From: Candidatus Bathyarchaeia archaeon
GTDB lineage: Archaea > Thermoproteota > CALKCG01 > B24
Reading direction: 5' to 3'
Length of the DNA: 64,000 bases
Assembly: GCA_038870975.1 (NCBI GenBank)
Contig: JAVZJD010000002.1
Coordinates: 256,001 to 320,000, forward strand
Shown: one piece after another, positions 30,021-40,290 of the stretch
Numbering within the stretch: the stretch's first letter is position 1
Layout: the number at the start of each line of letters is the position of its first letter
Made by a program: the position numbers and the translations under genes
Notes under the pieces: generated by a model
What the model was told of the DNA's origin: nothing
The model's database searches: none
Seen by the model: only the letters and a program-made list of their open reading frames with translations

Positions 30021-30479
30021 TTAGAGCATTCTCTTTATCAAGGAAACTATATCCGAACCCCAGTCGCCGAAACTACCCTCGGGATATGGTTTTTTAATCG
30101 ATTTATATCCTTTACTCGGTGGATTTAAACGGAATGTTTTTTTAAGCTTCGGAATATCTTTAAAAGATACCTTACCATTGTATAGAGCTTCAGCAAGCGA
30201 GTCTATTGAATTGAACCCGAGGATTTTAACGTTCTCCTCATTAAGCCTACCAACTCCCTCTATCTCACCTCTCTTCCTTAAGAGCTCTTTAAATGTTTCC
30301 AAGTCTATTGTACCATAGGCTATGTAATGCCTCACCTTTCTTATCATTGCCATGTAGGGTTCAGTATTTGGCAATACAACGCAGTGATTGGGCCTTCCTA
30401 GGTTAAGTCGCTTAAGGGTTTCAGCGAAATCTCGCCTAGTATTCACAGTCCCTCTGATTCTAACAACAGCTATCAACAT
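30021..30479 (-). CDS. rpl30: 50S ribosomal protein L30 (uL30)
   Basis: AVVRIRG, FRLNPP. Confidence 0.95.
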   Translation of the reverse strand: MLIAVVRIRGTVNTRRDFAETLKRLNLGRPNHCVVLPNTEPYMAMIRKVRHYIAYGTIDLETFKELLRKRGEIEGVGRLNEENVKILGFNSIDSLAEALYNGKVSFKDIPKLKKTFRLNPPSKGYKSIKKPYPEGSFGDWGSDIVSLIKRML

Positions 30480-30489
30480 TAAACCTCCC

Positions 30490-31116
30490 TTAACGTTTCG
30501 GCATGGCTAATTCGCATGTACTTTTGAGGGCTTCAAAAGTAGCTTTTATTAAAGAAGAATGGGTCCTAGTGGAGCCAGAGGTTCTAACCCAACAGTCCTT
30601 TATACCAGCTAATCTCAGTAGAGTTCTGGTGATGTCGCCAGCCACCAACCCTAAGCCCTTGGGAGCAGGTATAAGGACTACGAAAACACCTCCACATCTA
30701 CCTTCAACTCTAAACGGTAGTGAATGTGGGGCACCGCAATCACATTCCCATGAGCCACATCCCCGTTTGATGAGGCTCATGTTTAATTTAGCATCTTTGA
30801 TAGCCTTTTGAAAAGCCACTCTCCACTGAGTGGCTTTTCCAAAACCCACCCCCAAATGGCCATTCATATCTCCAGATGCGACAATAACTCTAAACCTCGA
30901 CCTCTCACCCGCATCCGTCTGTTTTTGAACAAAAGCCGTATCTAAGACTTCATGACTTAAGTTGGGAAGGAGAACATCAATTATTTCTGGCTCTCTAATC
31001 TTGTATCCGTTTCTGAAAATCTCTTCAATAGAGGTTATTTTCCCCTCCAACACTAGCTTACCTAGAGTTGTTTTAGGAGTCCAACCCTCTGTAACATTGG
31101 CGCTCGTTTCAGCCAA
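30490..31116 (-). CDS. rps5: 30S ribosomal protein S5 (uS5)
   Basis: WTPKTTLG, QKQTDAGE, RGCGSWEC, PAPKGLGL. Confidence 0.97.
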   Translation of the reverse strand: MAETSANVTEGWTPKTTLGKLVLEGKITSIEEIFRNGYKIREPEIIDVLLPNLSHEVLDTAFVQKQTDAGERSRFRVIVASGDMNGHLGVGFGKATQWRVAFQKAIKDAKLNMSLIKRGCGSWECDCGAPHSLPFRVEGRCGGVFVVLIPAPKGLGLVAGDITRTLLRLAGIKDCWVRTSGSTRTHSSLIKATFEALKSTCELAMPKR

Positions 31117-31117
31117 G

Positions 31118-31711
31118 TTAAACCCCTCCGTAAGTTTTCAGAATCTTATTCTTAACCTCGTTAAAGTGCATTTCAATTGATTCCGCATCCAAACCCTTCT
31201 TTAAATAGCTTGAGAATACTCTCTTATAAAGCTCTGGATTTTCACTTTTAAGTTTACTAGCGTATTCTGCAATATGTTTACCAGAAATTCTGTCATAACC
31301 TGGAAGTATTTCTTCTCCATGTGGAATGTCAAGCCCAGCATCTAAAGCACCTTTAAGAGCCGCCGCGATACGGCCTCCTTTAGTAGGCTTAAAAATACCT
31401 GCGTCGAGAACAGCTCTACGTATACCGATCTTCTTACACTTTAAACCAGCCAATAGACCAGTTAGATAAGCAACAGGAGAATTATTTCCATGTCCAAGCC
31501 AACCGAAGTCTCTTGTAACCTCTTTGCTATGAGCCGATGCAAGTACATGATCGCCTTCAAGTCTCGCTTCAACAACCTGAACAATAATGTTTTTTGATGT
31601 TCTTCTAACAACAAATCTAGGTAAACCGGACAATAGGAGCCTTTTTCTACGTCTATAGTCTGTTCTAAATTGAAGTCTCCTTTTTAAAGGAAATTTACGT
31701 ATCTTATTCAT
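31118..31711 (-). CDS. rpl18: 50S ribosomal protein L18 (uL18)
   Basis: TDYRRR, RFVVRRT, AYLTGLL, KGALDAGLDIPH. Confidence 0.96.
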   Translation of the reverse strand: MNKIRKFPLKRRLQFRTDYRRRKRLLLSGLPRFVVRRTSKNIIVQVVEARLEGDHVLASAHSKEVTRDFGWLGHGNNSPVAYLTGLLAGLKCKKIGIRRAVLDAGIFKPTKGGRIAAALKGALDAGLDIPHGEEILPGYDRISGKHIAEYASKLKSENPELYKRVFSSYLKKGLDAESIEMHFNEVKNKILKTYGGV

Positions 31712-32154
31712 TTGAACCTCCTTCTAGCTAGGTTATTAACCTCTATATACCGTTTCAAAGATGCCACACTGGCGAAGGATCCTCCTTTAGCTTTAAGGTA
31801 GAGGTCTCTATAGACTTTCCTAGTTATTATTCGTCTATCCCTTAAGTATCTGAGAAAACTCCTCAACGCTCTAATCTTAGCAGGCCATAGATTCTCCATA
31901 CTCAACCTGGCCTTTAAAGCCCCCTTTTTACTACCAGGTCCTCTTCTTTTACCTCTCCTTGCTCTAACCCTTACACGACTTGTGCCCTTCTCAGGTCTCT
32001 TGGATATTACACCACGCTCTATGAGCCCCTTAATATCTTCTCTTGTTATAGCAGACATTACCTCCTCCGACTTAGATGGGTCTATCCAAATTCTATTGAT
32101 TCCAACTCCAAGTATTTCAGCAGCCATCCTTCTCTGAACGGTCAAATCCATCAT
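31708..32154 (-). CDS. rpl19e: 50S ribosomal protein L19e (eL19)
   Basis: QRRMAAEILGVG, RIWIDP, LYLKAKGG. Confidence 0.96.
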   Translation of the reverse strand: MMDLTVQRRMAAEILGVGINRIWIDPSKSEEVMSAITREDIKGLIERGVISKRPEKGTSRVRVRARRGKRRGPGSKKGALKARLSMENLWPAKIRALRSFLRYLRDRRIITRKVYRDLYLKAKGGSFASVASLKRYIEVNNLARRRFK

Positions 32155-32631
32155 CTAACCCCCGCTAGATGGGTTTAACACTCGTATATGTAATTCCCTG
32201 GCCTTCTCCAATATTGCAAGTCTCTTCTTCCTACCGACGGTGTGAGCTATGCGTGCAGCTTGAGTTGCTGGGTCTAACTTCTCAATGTCTTCTGGATTAT
32301 AGACGAGGACTTCCTTAAAACCTGATGGATGTAGATTACGGACAGCTTTAGGCGTACCATAACCAGATTTAACTCTTGCAGGCCAACCTTTTACTTCAAG
32401 CCTCATCTTGTTAGAATGGCTCATAGGTGCCCTCCAATTTTCCTTAACTCTAACGAGCCTCCAACTCTCACATCTTGCAAAGTCGGGCCTCTTCAGGTCG
32501 AGTCTTACTCTAAGCTTTAAAAGTCTTGCTATTTCAGCGGATAGTTTAGGTTTAATCTTTGCCAACGCCTCCTCAGTTTTCTCGGCAATAACCTCCTCAG
32601 AGGATTTTTCTTGGACTTCTTCAGCCGTCAC
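32155..32631 (-). CDS. rpl32e: 50S ribosomal protein L32e (eL32)
   Basis: KRPDFAR, LHPSGFKEVLV, IAHTVG. Confidence 0.95.
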   Translation of the reverse strand: MTAEEVQEKSSEEVIAEKTEEALAKIKPKLSAEIARLLKLRVRLDLKRPDFARCESWRLVRVKENWRAPMSHSNKMRLEVKGWPARVKSGYGTPKAVRNLHPSGFKEVLVYNPEDIEKLDPATQAARIAHTVGRKKRLAILEKARELHIRVLNPSSGG

Positions 32632-33167
32632 ATCCCCACCTCCCTGTTGTATATGAAGATTCCATCTAAGAAGATTCTAGGATCTCTATCAGTCACTCTA
32701 GTGGCATTTTCGATGTTTGCCGCCGTCTGCCCTACTTCTTCAATGTCAATCCCCTTAACTACTACATCGTCCTGTTTGACCTCTACCTTTGCATTTCCAA
32801 CTATTTTCGCATATCTTGGTGAACGTTCACCTATAAAGTTTTCAATGACTACATAGTTGCCTTTAACTTTAACGCTCATAGGGAAGTGAGCATACACTAT
32901 TTTTAAACGGTATGTAAAGCCCTTTGAAACACCTGTTACCATGTTTCTTATATGAGCGGCTATAGTGCCTACCAGAGCTAGTTTATTTCTTCTAGGTTTT
33001 CCAACAACTTCAACAACAACGCTGTTACCCTCGCTTCTAATAACGATCTGACCCATGGTATGTGAGAAGTCTTTTTGAAGCTCACCTAGAGGCCCCTTAA
33101 CTCTAACTTTCAAGCCGTCTACTTCAACACTGACTCCATCTGGAATTTCAACGATTCTAGAGCTCAA
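32628..33167 (-). CDS. rpl6: 50S ribosomal protein L6 (uL6)
   Basis: VKGPLG, YAHFP, NFIGE, DPRIFLDGIFI. Confidence 0.97.
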   Translation of the reverse strand: MSSRIVEIPDGVSVEVDGLKVRVKGPLGELQKDFSHTMGQIVIRSEGNSVVVEVVGKPRRNKLALVGTIAAHIRNMVTGVSKGFTYRLKIVYAHFPMSVKVKGNYVVIENFIGERSPRYAKIVGNAKVEVKQDDVVVKGIDIEEVGQTAANIENATRVTDRDPRIFLDGIFIYNREVGM

Positions 33168-33186
33168 AAATCTAAACCTCCACGTT

Positions 33187-33579
33187 TCAGTATACGTAGG
33201 CTAGAAGTTTTCCACCAACATGTTTTGCTTCAGCCTCTTTATGAGACAATACTCCTAAAGGAGTTGAAAGAATTAAAATCCCAATGTTTCGAGATGGAAG
33301 AAACATACGTTTATACTCTTCGAACTCCTCAAGTTTAACTGAAAATCTGGGCTTAATAGCTTTACATGCGTTTATATTGCCTAAAAGTTGAATTCTAAAT
33401 TTACCCCCTCTTCCATCGTCTATGAGTTCGAATTCGCCTATATATCCGTGAGACTGCATAACTCTCAAAACGTTGCCTATTAACTTAGAAGCAGGGTATA
33501 CTATACACTCCTTATTCCGCCTAGCTTCACTGTTTGCGATTATTGCAAGAGCATTTGCAAGGGTATCATTCATAACCAT
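33187..33579 (-). CDS. rps8: 30S ribosomal protein S8 (uS8)
   Basis: [22 protein letters not shown]. Confidence 0.97.
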   Translation of the reverse strand: MVMNDTLANALAIIANSEARRNKECIVYPASKLIGNVLRVMQSHGYIGEFELIDDGRGGKFRIQLLGNINACKAIKPRFSVKLEEFEEYKRMFLPSRNIGILILSTPLGVLSHKEAEAKHVGGKLLAYVY

Positions 33580-33590
33580 GATGCCCACCT

Positions 33591-33755
33591 TTAACTGTAC
33601 TTCTTAAAACCTAGCTTAGGAGCAACCTCTCTGAAACATTGACGACATAGCGAAAGCCCATACTGATGTATAATTGGACCGTATGAGCCACACCTAGAGC
33701 AGGGTTTAGAACCCTTACCGAATTTTCGTTCTTTCTTAGGCTTCTGTTTAGCCAT
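33591..33755 (-). CDS. rps14: 30S ribosomal protein S14 (uS14), not in the ORF track
   Basis: [54 protein letters not shown] (54 aa). Confidence 0.96.
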   Translation of the reverse strand: MAKQKPKKERKFGKGSKPCSRCGSYGPIIHQYGLSLCRQCFREVAPKLGFKKYS

Positions 33756-34270
33756 CATAACACCTCCACACCTAACGTCTCCTTAACGAATGCTATAGAC
33801 TCTTCTTTTGTAAGTCTATGTTTCTTTCCGATGCTACTACGCTTCCATTTTTTTCTAGCTACTCTATAGCCTGGTCTCTCTATATTTACACATACGTCCA
33901 TACCTATTATACCCAGCGCGGGATCATAGGTTGTATTAGGAAGATCCAAATGACTTTTTAATCCTATTGAGAAGTTTCCATATTCATTAAAGCGACTCGA
34001 AGGTATTCTATAGCCTACTGCGTCGAGAACCCTCTTTAGGAATTCCATAGCCTTGCTTCCTCTCAAAGTCACTTTAGCAGCTATCGGTTCACCCTTATGT
34101 ATATTGAAGTCCCTGATTGTTCTTTTTGCTCTGCATATGCACGGTTTCCCGTTAGTTATCGATTCAAGAATTTTTAAAGCCTTTTCAAGTTGTTCACCAC
34201 TTTTTCCAACGCAAGTGTTCACGGTAACTTTGGTTATTCTAGGTTTAAGCATAGGGTTAGCATGGCTCAA
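33755..34270 (-). CDS. rpl5: 50S ribosomal protein L5 (uL5)
   Basis: [26 protein letters not shown]; TTG 34270 after SD. Confidence 0.96.
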   Translation of the reverse strand: MSHANPMLKPRITKVTVNTCVGKSGEQLEKALKILESITNGKPCICRAKRTIRDFNIHKGEPIAAKVTLRGSKAMEFLKRVLDAVGYRIPSSRFNEYGNFSIGLKSHLDLPNTTYDPALGIIGMDVCVNIERPGYRVARKKWKRSSIGKKHRLTKEESIAFVKETLGVEVL

Positions 34271-34274
34271 AATT

Positions 34275-35033
34275 TCAACCTCCGGGTAGAGAGATGCATG
34301 GCTTATCATATCCAATTGGGAAAATGTAGTCGAGAATAGTGGAGATTTTTAAACCGTTTCCAACTTCTACAATAGCGAATGCATCGGAAGTTAAAGACCC
34401 TGGCACTACTTCAACAAGCCTACCCCACTGACCGATGTTACGGCCACCAGTAATAAGGACACATATTTCTTTTTCAAGTTTAAAGTGTTCTAAGATGACG
34501 GGTTTGTAAAGATCCATCTTTAAAACATCATGAACTCTAAACTGATCTTCAACGGGGTTTTTTGGGTCTGAAATCCGTATCATCAAATTATAACCATCAT
34601 GCATGTTGAGTTGAATATGCCCACCTCTTAATGAAGTTTTACCTACTATTTTACGAAGCTTAAACTGTGCCTCTTCAAGCGGAATCGGATGTGGAAGTAA
34701 CCCCTTGCTTGAGGGAAGTATACGGTAGTATTTGTCTAACTTTTCTACGTATACCACATCCATAAGACCAATTGGAAAACCACGGTCTCGGATAGTCCTA
34801 CCGTCGACTTTAACATACCCCCTACTCAGGATAAATTTAACCTCTTTCGATTTATGAGCCAAATTGAGATAATCCCTTAGCAGTATTTGAAGAGGAATAC
34901 AATCATCTATTGCATGAGGCCCAGGACTAGGCTTAACAACCCATTTAAAAGTCTTCCTAGGTATATTCCAAGACTCAGGTGCTGCCAAGCGCTTTAAATG
35001 CTTTGAGCCGCTAATCTTTCCCAATGTGAACAC
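34275..35033 (-). CDS. rps4e: 30S ribosomal protein S4e (eS4)
   Basis: HLKRLAAP, PSPGPH, FPIGLMDV. Confidence 0.96.
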   Translation of the reverse strand: MFTLGKISGSKHLKRLAAPESWNIPRKTFKWVVKPSPGPHAIDDCIPLQILLRDYLNLAHKSKEVKFILSRGYVKVDGRTIRDRGFPIGLMDVVYVEKLDKYYRILPSSKGLLPHPIPLEEAQFKLRKIVGKTSLRGGHIQLNMHDGYNLMIRISDPKNPVEDQFRVHDVLKMDLYKPVILEHFKLEKEICVLITGGRNIGQWGRLVEVVPGSLTSDAFAIVEVGNGLKISTILDYIFPIGYDKPCISLPGG

Positions 35034-35035
35034 CT

Positions 35036-35425
35036 CTATGTTTTTACCACCTCAGGTGTTTGCACCTTGATTTTTCGTTCTAATGCTTCAACTCTCCTCT
35101 TATCATCTAAATTAAGCTTTGTTATTACAACTTTAGAGGGGTGTAGAGGTATAAGGACTTTTGAACCGTCAACCTTCTCCCGAGTAACACCTTCCACGTA
35201 GATACGCATCTTCTTACGATCTATCCTTAAAATAGCGCCTGAGAAACCCTTAAAATCACCTCTGACGACTTTAACCGTGTCTCCTCTACGTATCGGAAAC
35301 GACCTACGTTTATACTTCTCTCTAAGCTCATCTGATAAGTGAGCGGAAAGTATTTTAACCATAACATGCTTAGGAGCGTTAAAGAGTTTACGCCTTTGCT
35401 TTCTAGGCTGTTTAGACATAATCAA
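35036..35425 (-). CDS. rpl24: 50S ribosomal protein L24 (uL24)
   Basis: SKQPRKQR, GDTVKVVRG, HPSKV. Confidence 0.96.
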   Translation of the reverse strand: MIMSKQPRKQRRKLFNAPKHVMVKILSAHLSDELREKYKRRSFPIRRGDTVKVVRGDFKGFSGAILRIDRKKMRIYVEGVTREKVDGSKVLIPLHPSKVVITKLNLDDKRRVEALERKIKVQTPEVVKT

Positions 35426-35431
35426 TTCCTC

Positions 35432-35890
35432 CTACACGATCATACTGGCTAACGCTGCAATTCTAGGCCATCTTTCAGCAGCCTCCATTGCAACAGAGCC
35501 CCTTATCTCAGTACCCCGTAGATCTCCCTCGGGAGTTAAGAGAACCGCTGCATTATCTTCAAAACATATCCAGGTTCCATCGGCTCTCCTATAGGGCTTC
35601 TTCTGGCGAACTATGACAGCGTGCATGACCTGCCCTTTCAATTCGGCTATACCTCTTCTAACACTTACAACAACCATGTCTCCTACGGCTGCCGAGGGAA
35701 ATCGCTTAAGTCTACCCTTATACCCTATTACTCCAATGAGCTTAAGAAGCTTAGCTCCAGTATTATCAGTACACTCTAAGTATGCACCCACCGGTAGACA
35801 ACGCGGTATGTGAGGTTTATACTCTACAACCGCTACAGCTGATACAGCTCTGGTTTTAGGTCCACCCTTTGGAGGCTCTCTGCGAGACAA
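35432..35890 (-). CDS. rpl14: 50S ribosomal protein L14 (uL14)
   Basis: DNTGAK, FEDNAAV. Confidence 0.97.
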   Translation of the reverse strand: MSRREPPKGGPKTRAVSAVAVVEYKPHIPRCLPVGAYLECTDNTGAKLLKLIGVIGYKGRLKRFPSAAVGDMVVVSVRRGIAELKGQVMHAVIVRQKKPYRRADGTWICFEDNAAVLLTPEGDLRGTEIRGSVAMEAAERWPRIAALASMIV

Positions 35891-35892
35891 TT

Positions 35893-36198
35893 TTACTCAC
35901 CCTTCAATTTTTCAACAACTACGAAATGCACGGTCTTGCTTATAGGTCTGCATTCAACAATGCGAACTCTATCGCCCTCTTTAACAGTTAAGCATGGTGG
36001 GCAGTGTGCGGGTATTCGGCTTCTCCTACGTTCATACCTTCGATATTTTGAGATATAATGGAAGTATTCTCTAACGACAATTACAGTGTTTTTAGCTTTA
36101 GCACTAGCGACCGTTCCTTCGAAAACCTGCCCTCTTAGAGACAGGATTCCATGAAAGGGACAGTTTTTATCTCCACAGTTGACCTCAGTCAAAATCAA
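35893..36198 (-). CDS. rps17: 30S ribosomal protein S17 (uS17)
   Basis: [18 protein letters not shown]. Confidence 0.96.
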   Translation of the reverse strand: MILTEVNCGDKNCPFHGILSLRGQVFEGTVASAKAKNTVIVVREYFHYISKYRRYERRRSRIPAHCPPCLTVKEGDRVRIVECRPISKTVHFVVVEKLKGE

Positions 36199-36199
36199 A

Positions 36200-36469
36200 T
36201 CACCTCTTAACCCTATCTTCTGGTCTTCCTACGAGTTTTATGCCATCTACTTCGACTTTAACACCGTTGCTAAGCGTAAATACGAATTTACATACGGCTT
36301 TTGGAATAGCTTTGATACGGAGACCAGATTCAATGTAAAGCATGTTTCTAGTCTCGTCCACAACTTCACCCTCTATACATACGTATGATTTACACGGAGA
36401 TTTTTCAACGTGAACATTGAGCCCTATAAGCTCATGCTTCAAAATGTTGAATGGAGTGATCGGGTTCAT
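36200..36469 (-). CDS. rnp1: RNase P protein component 1 (Rpp29)
   Basis: [21 protein letters not shown]; conserved position. Confidence 0.93.
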   Translation of the reverse strand: MNPITPFNILKHELIGLNVHVEKSPCKSYVCIEGEVVDETRNMLYIESGLRIKAIPKAVCKFVFTLSNGVKVEVDGIKLVGRPEDRVKR

Positions 36470-36693
36470 TTAGACACCGCCTTACGAAGCTTAAGCTCTT
36501 CTTCTCTTTGAACCGTTAAAATACGGGCAATAGTTCGTTTTATCTCTCTTACTCTGGAGTAGTTTTCAATAGTTCCACCAGCTTTAATAATGGCATTAAG
36601 CTTCATTAGCTCCATCTTCAGCTCGATAAGACGACGGGCTCTATCTTCAGGGCTCATAGACCTTATTTCACTCACTCTGAGGATTGGCATCAA
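36466..36693 (-). CDS. rpl29: 50S ribosomal protein L29 (uL29)
   Basis: EIRSMS, KRTIARILT. Confidence 0.95.
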   Translation of the reverse strand: MMPILRVSEIRSMSPEDRARRLIELKMELMKLNAIIKAGGTIENYSRVREIKRTIARILTVQREEELKLRKAVSK

Positions 36694-37346
36694 CCACCAC
36701 CTTCTTCAGCCTCTTCCTCAGCTCCTTCCTCAAATTCAACCTTCTGAGTTGATTCTTTTAGTGAAATCTTGTCTGGAAATTCTACACCAGGTGGTAAAAT
36801 CGTAACTTTTATCCCAAATAATCCAGGTTTAAGAAGTAGAGGATATACGGCTGACTTCACATATTTCATAGCTGGGTCTCCAGATTTAGGAAGATATCCA
36901 ACCTTGTACTTTTCAAACCTAGACCTTTCAGATGTAAGCTTACCACTTATCTTAACCTCTGCACCTAATGCTCCCGCTTTCATAATACGCTCTAAAGCCC
37001 AGAAAGCAGCTCTCCGAAAATGTATACCCTTCTGCATGGCTAAAGCTATCCTACTAGCCATTATAAATGGGTTAAGCTCTGGAACAGGTATATCGGTTAC
37101 AGCAATCTGTGGGTTATAAATGTTGAATTTATCTTGAAGTTCTTTACTTAGGGCTTTGATTATCTCTCCACCTCTTCCTATGACGAGACCGGGTCTTAAA
37201 GCGTAAATTGTAATTCTAACACCTAGAGGTGTTTTCGATATCTCAGCACCTCCATAGCCAGCATCTTTCAACTGCTCCATTAGAAATTCATCTAGCTTAA
37301 ACATATCCATATATTGTTTTATGAAGTGTTTTCTAATCGCAGACAT
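36690..37346 (-). CDS. rps3: 30S ribosomal protein S3 (uS3)
   Basis: RPGLVIGRGG, FRRA, GAEVKISGK. Confidence 0.97.
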   Translation of the reverse strand: MSAIRKHFIKQYMDMFKLDEFLMEQLKDAGYGGAEISKTPLGVRITIYALRPGLVIGRGGEIIKALSKELQDKFNIYNPQIAVTDIPVPELNPFIMASRIALAMQKGIHFRRAAFWALERIMKAGALGAEVKISGKLTSERSRFEKYKVGYLPKSGDPAMKYVKSAVYPLLLKPGLFGIKVTILPPGVEFPDKISLKESTQKVEFEEGAEEEAEEGGG

Positions 37347-37638
37347 CCACAGCACCAAGTAGATTTAATCGTGTAAAGCTGGCTAATCTTAGATTAGACG
37401 ACTTATTAATAAGGTTTACGAAAAATTGCCTCGGCAGTTTTTCGAATTTAGATAGTTTTAATGCTCAAGAGGTATTTCATCATCCTGTTAAACCGTTCTC
37501 CATAGAGCCAGTAGGATAAACCATCCTATGTAGAAGCTTATAAGCTTAGAATTGAATGATTAAAAACCCTTAGCGATACGGTGGATGTCTATCTCATGCA
37601 GTAGATGGATACTTAAATAGATAAGATTCGGTGAAATA

Positions 37639-38100
37639 CTAAAGCTCTGCTAAAGCTATTTCAATATGGGTTAAAACTCTAAAGTTGGGAGTCGCACGAG
37701 CGAAGGCTCTAGGGGTGTAGCGTTTAAGTATGGTGCCTTTTTGAGCGGCTGCATGTATAACTTTAAGGTTCTCGACGCTTAATCCTTTATACTCAGCGTT
37801 AGCTTCAGCATTCTCTAAAACTTTGAGAATAGCTTTACACGTCTTAACAGGATACCTACCTGCATACCACTTTTGTAAATCTCTTCTATGTGGAACTTTC
37901 TTCTTGTGACGCCTGTAGGGGATACTCCTTTTGAGGTTGATCACATCTTCTAGAAGACGTTTCGCATCGTCAAGGGATAATCCCCTTATAGCTTTACAAA
38001 CCTCTACGGCGGCTTTATGGGAAATCCTCAAATCTCTACCGGAGGCTAGGACAGTTTTCTCAGGGTCTAAGTCCTTTACCGAATATCTCCAATTCGGCAT
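37639..38100 (-). CDS. rpl22: 50S ribosomal protein L22 (uL22)
   Basis: RISHK, GRYPVK, NAEANA, PRAFARA. Confidence 0.96.
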   Translation of the reverse strand: MPNWRYSVKDLDPEKTVLASGRDLRISHKAAVEVCKAIRGLSLDDAKRLLEDVINLKRSIPYRRHKKKVPHRRDLQKWYAGRYPVKTCKAILKVLENAEANAEYKGLSVENLKVIHAAAQKGTILKRYTPRAFARATPNFRVLTHIEIALAEL

Positions 38101-38191
38101 TTTTATTCACCCATGTGGTTTAATATCAAGTCTTTAAACATCACGGGTTATAAAGTTTGCTGATGAGCTTTTGATTTATCCTAGATGGATA

Positions 38192-38449
38192 CTATTCGTA
38201 TGTTACAGGCTCCATGTATGCGCTTAGTTTTCCTATTATTCTCTTAAAAAGTCTTATTGTTATAAGTCTCCATAAAGTCAGCCATAGGAGAAACATTACA
38301 ACAGCCATTAAAACTTCAAATACATTTATAAATATAGAGCCGTTAAACTGCCTCGTGTAGTTTACTAGGATGGATAGTAGATAAAAACCGATTAAAATAC
38401 TAAACCAAGCGATAAACAGGTTCATGTAAATCCAGTAAGTATCCCTCAA
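38192..38449 (-). CDS. Small two-TM membrane protein
   Basis: Two hydrophobic helices; 3 nt downstream of the preceding gene. Confidence 0.55.
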   Translation of the reverse strand: MRDTYWIYMNLFIAWFSILIGFYLLSILVNYTRQFNGSIFINVFEVLMAVVMFLLWLTLWRLITIRLFKRIIGKLSAYMEPVTYE

Positions 38450-38452
38450 GTT

Positions 38453-39445
38453 TTAACCACCCGGTTGCAAAATTAGAGCTGTTACCAGACTTAATATGGA
38501 TGAAAACAACGTCAAAGCTAAAAATTCATTGGCGATTTCACTCTCATGTTTAGCAGAACCTGCTAGTATCATCCTTACAAGCGTCAGCGGAGCTCTTTGG
38601 TCTTTAACAGCTTCTATCAGTCCGTTTTCTAAAGGCCTAGTGGGTCTTACCGTAATGGCTTTCTTCCCTTTAAATCCGCCACCAGTAGAAAGTATCATAT
38701 AGGAATTTAAAATCTGAGGAAGCATAGCTACGACTCCTACTACCTCTAAGCCATTTGTAACAACAAAGCTTCCAATTGCGGCACCAACGGCGAAGCTCCC
38801 TACATTTCCAGAGAATACTCTAGCTGGGTATCTATTATAGAAGTAGAATGCTAAAGTCGCTCCTAAAAGGGCTAAACCAACAAGAGACGCTGAGTATTTC
38901 CCAGTTAATGCGTATGCAACAGTCAATGAGGCTAAAATTATTGAGGCTGAACCACTCATAGCCCCGTTGACGGGGTCTGACATATTCATGGCGTTTGATG
39001 TTACACTGAGGGCGAGCGGTATGGCTAACGGATAGGCTATGGTAAGTCTAACTCTACCGATAAATGGTATCATGGGTCTAGGATTGTAAGCCCTTAAGAA
39101 GATTATTGGAATGCCGCTCAGCGTCGCTAGAAGCACTTTACAGAGGGGGGATAAATCTCTAAAATCATCCAGTAATCCAACAAGTGAAGCTATCGCTATA
39201 GAGGCGAGGATTGCTAGACAGGTATTGCTCAACTCAGGTATGGTTAGAAAAAGAAAAACTAAAGATGTAAAGAACCCGATTAACATAGATACCCCAACCA
39301 TTTCTGGAACATTAGGCTTATTGGGCTTATGTACATCAATGCCTATAATACCTTTACCGTTCATGAATAACGCTATTCTTGGAATGGATATTAATGTCGT
39401 CAAAAAGCTTATTGCAAAAACCACTAGTGCGTTTATAATTAACAA
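38453..39445 (-). CDS. Polyprenyl-phosphate HexNAc-1-phosphate transferase (MraY/GPT, AglH-like)
   Basis: GIDVHK, PEMVG, GLLDD, NAMN, NRYPARVFSG. Confidence 0.88.
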   Translation of the reverse strand: MLIINALVVFAISFLTTLISIPRIALFMNGKGIIGIDVHKPNKPNVPEMVGVSMLIGFFTSLVFLFLTIPELSNTCLAILASIAIASLVGLLDDFRDLSPLCKVLLATLSGIPIIFLRAYNPRPMIPFIGRVRLTIAYPLAIPLALSVTSNAMNMSDPVNGAMSGSASIILASLTVAYALTGKYSASLVGLALLGATLAFYFYNRYPARVFSGNVGSFAVGAAIGSFVVTNGLEVVGVVAMLPQILNSYMILSTGGGFKGKKAITVRPTRPLENGLIEAVKDQRAPLTLVRMILAGSAKHESEIANEFLALTLFSSILSLVTALILQPGG

Positions 39446-39744
39446 GTAATCATCCCCATAGTGTATGAGAAGTGTGATTGTTTTATTTAAACTGTTTATT
39501 CAAAAATCCATCATAACAGTTTTTGAATAGTCTACTTTAAGGAGGAGTTGAATCTCTATACAAGCTTACTTCTCGGCTTTCCTTCAGGAATGCTTAAGCT
39601 GTTTGTTTAAAGTTTAGAGTAGAATCATACAATGTTCTTACCTCTTCTGAAGTATAAAGGTGCAAGTGGATTTGGAAATAGTTGAAGCTTTAAACATAAA
39701 GTTTATTAGATGAAGCTTTTGAATCTAGCCTTTGGTAGAGGGCT

Positions 39745-40287
39745 ATGGTCAGCTTAGCGCCCTTTGTGGCTTCTCCTCCAGAAGTCGTTCGTGCAATGCT
39801 TGAATTGGCTCAAGTTACTAAGGATGATGTTGTATGCGACATGGGTTGTGGTGATGGACGTATTTTATTTATGGCAGTTTCAGAATTTGGAGCGAAGAAG
39901 GCTGTGGGTTATGAAATTAGAAGGGACCTGTACAATATGGTGCTAGACAAGATCCTCACCGAAGAATTATCCGATAGGATAGTTGTCTATAATAGAGACT
40001 GTATAACAGCAGACCTTTCAGAAGTCACTGTGATAACCCTTTATCTCACAACTTCTGGCAACGATAGACTTAGACCTAAGTTTGAAAAAGAGGCCAAACC
40101 AGGCACTAGAATAGTCAGCCACGACTTTAGTATAACAGGTTGGAAAGCGGCTAAAATCGAGAGATTTGGTGGACATACGCTGTACCTCTACGTAGTTCCA
40201 GACGCATTTCAAGGTAAGGCTTACGAGAGTGAGGCTAAAGAGAGGAAGAGTACGCGAAGCTTCTGGCCATTTGGAAGGGACTGGTAA
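39745..40287 (+). CDS. Class I SAM methyltransferase, archaeal protein-lysine methyltransferase (aKMT/FAM173-like)
   Basis: APFVASP, DMGCGDGRI, LRPKFEKE.KPGTRIVSHDF. Confidence 0.8.
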   Translation: MVSLAPFVASPPEVVRAMLELAQVTKDDVVCDMGCGDGRILFMAVSEFGAKKAVGYEIRRDLYNMVLDKILTEELSDRIVVYNRDCITADLSEVTVITLYLTTSGNDRLRPKFEKEAKPGTRIVSHDFSITGWKAAKIERFGGHTLYLYVVPDAFQGKAYESEAKERKSTRSFWPFGRDW

Positions 40288-40290
40288 ATT

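Noticed and set aside
37430-37483. C/D box sRNA (ATGATGA on minus strand at 37483-37477)
   Set aside because: No CTGA D box, convincing C' box or terminal stem
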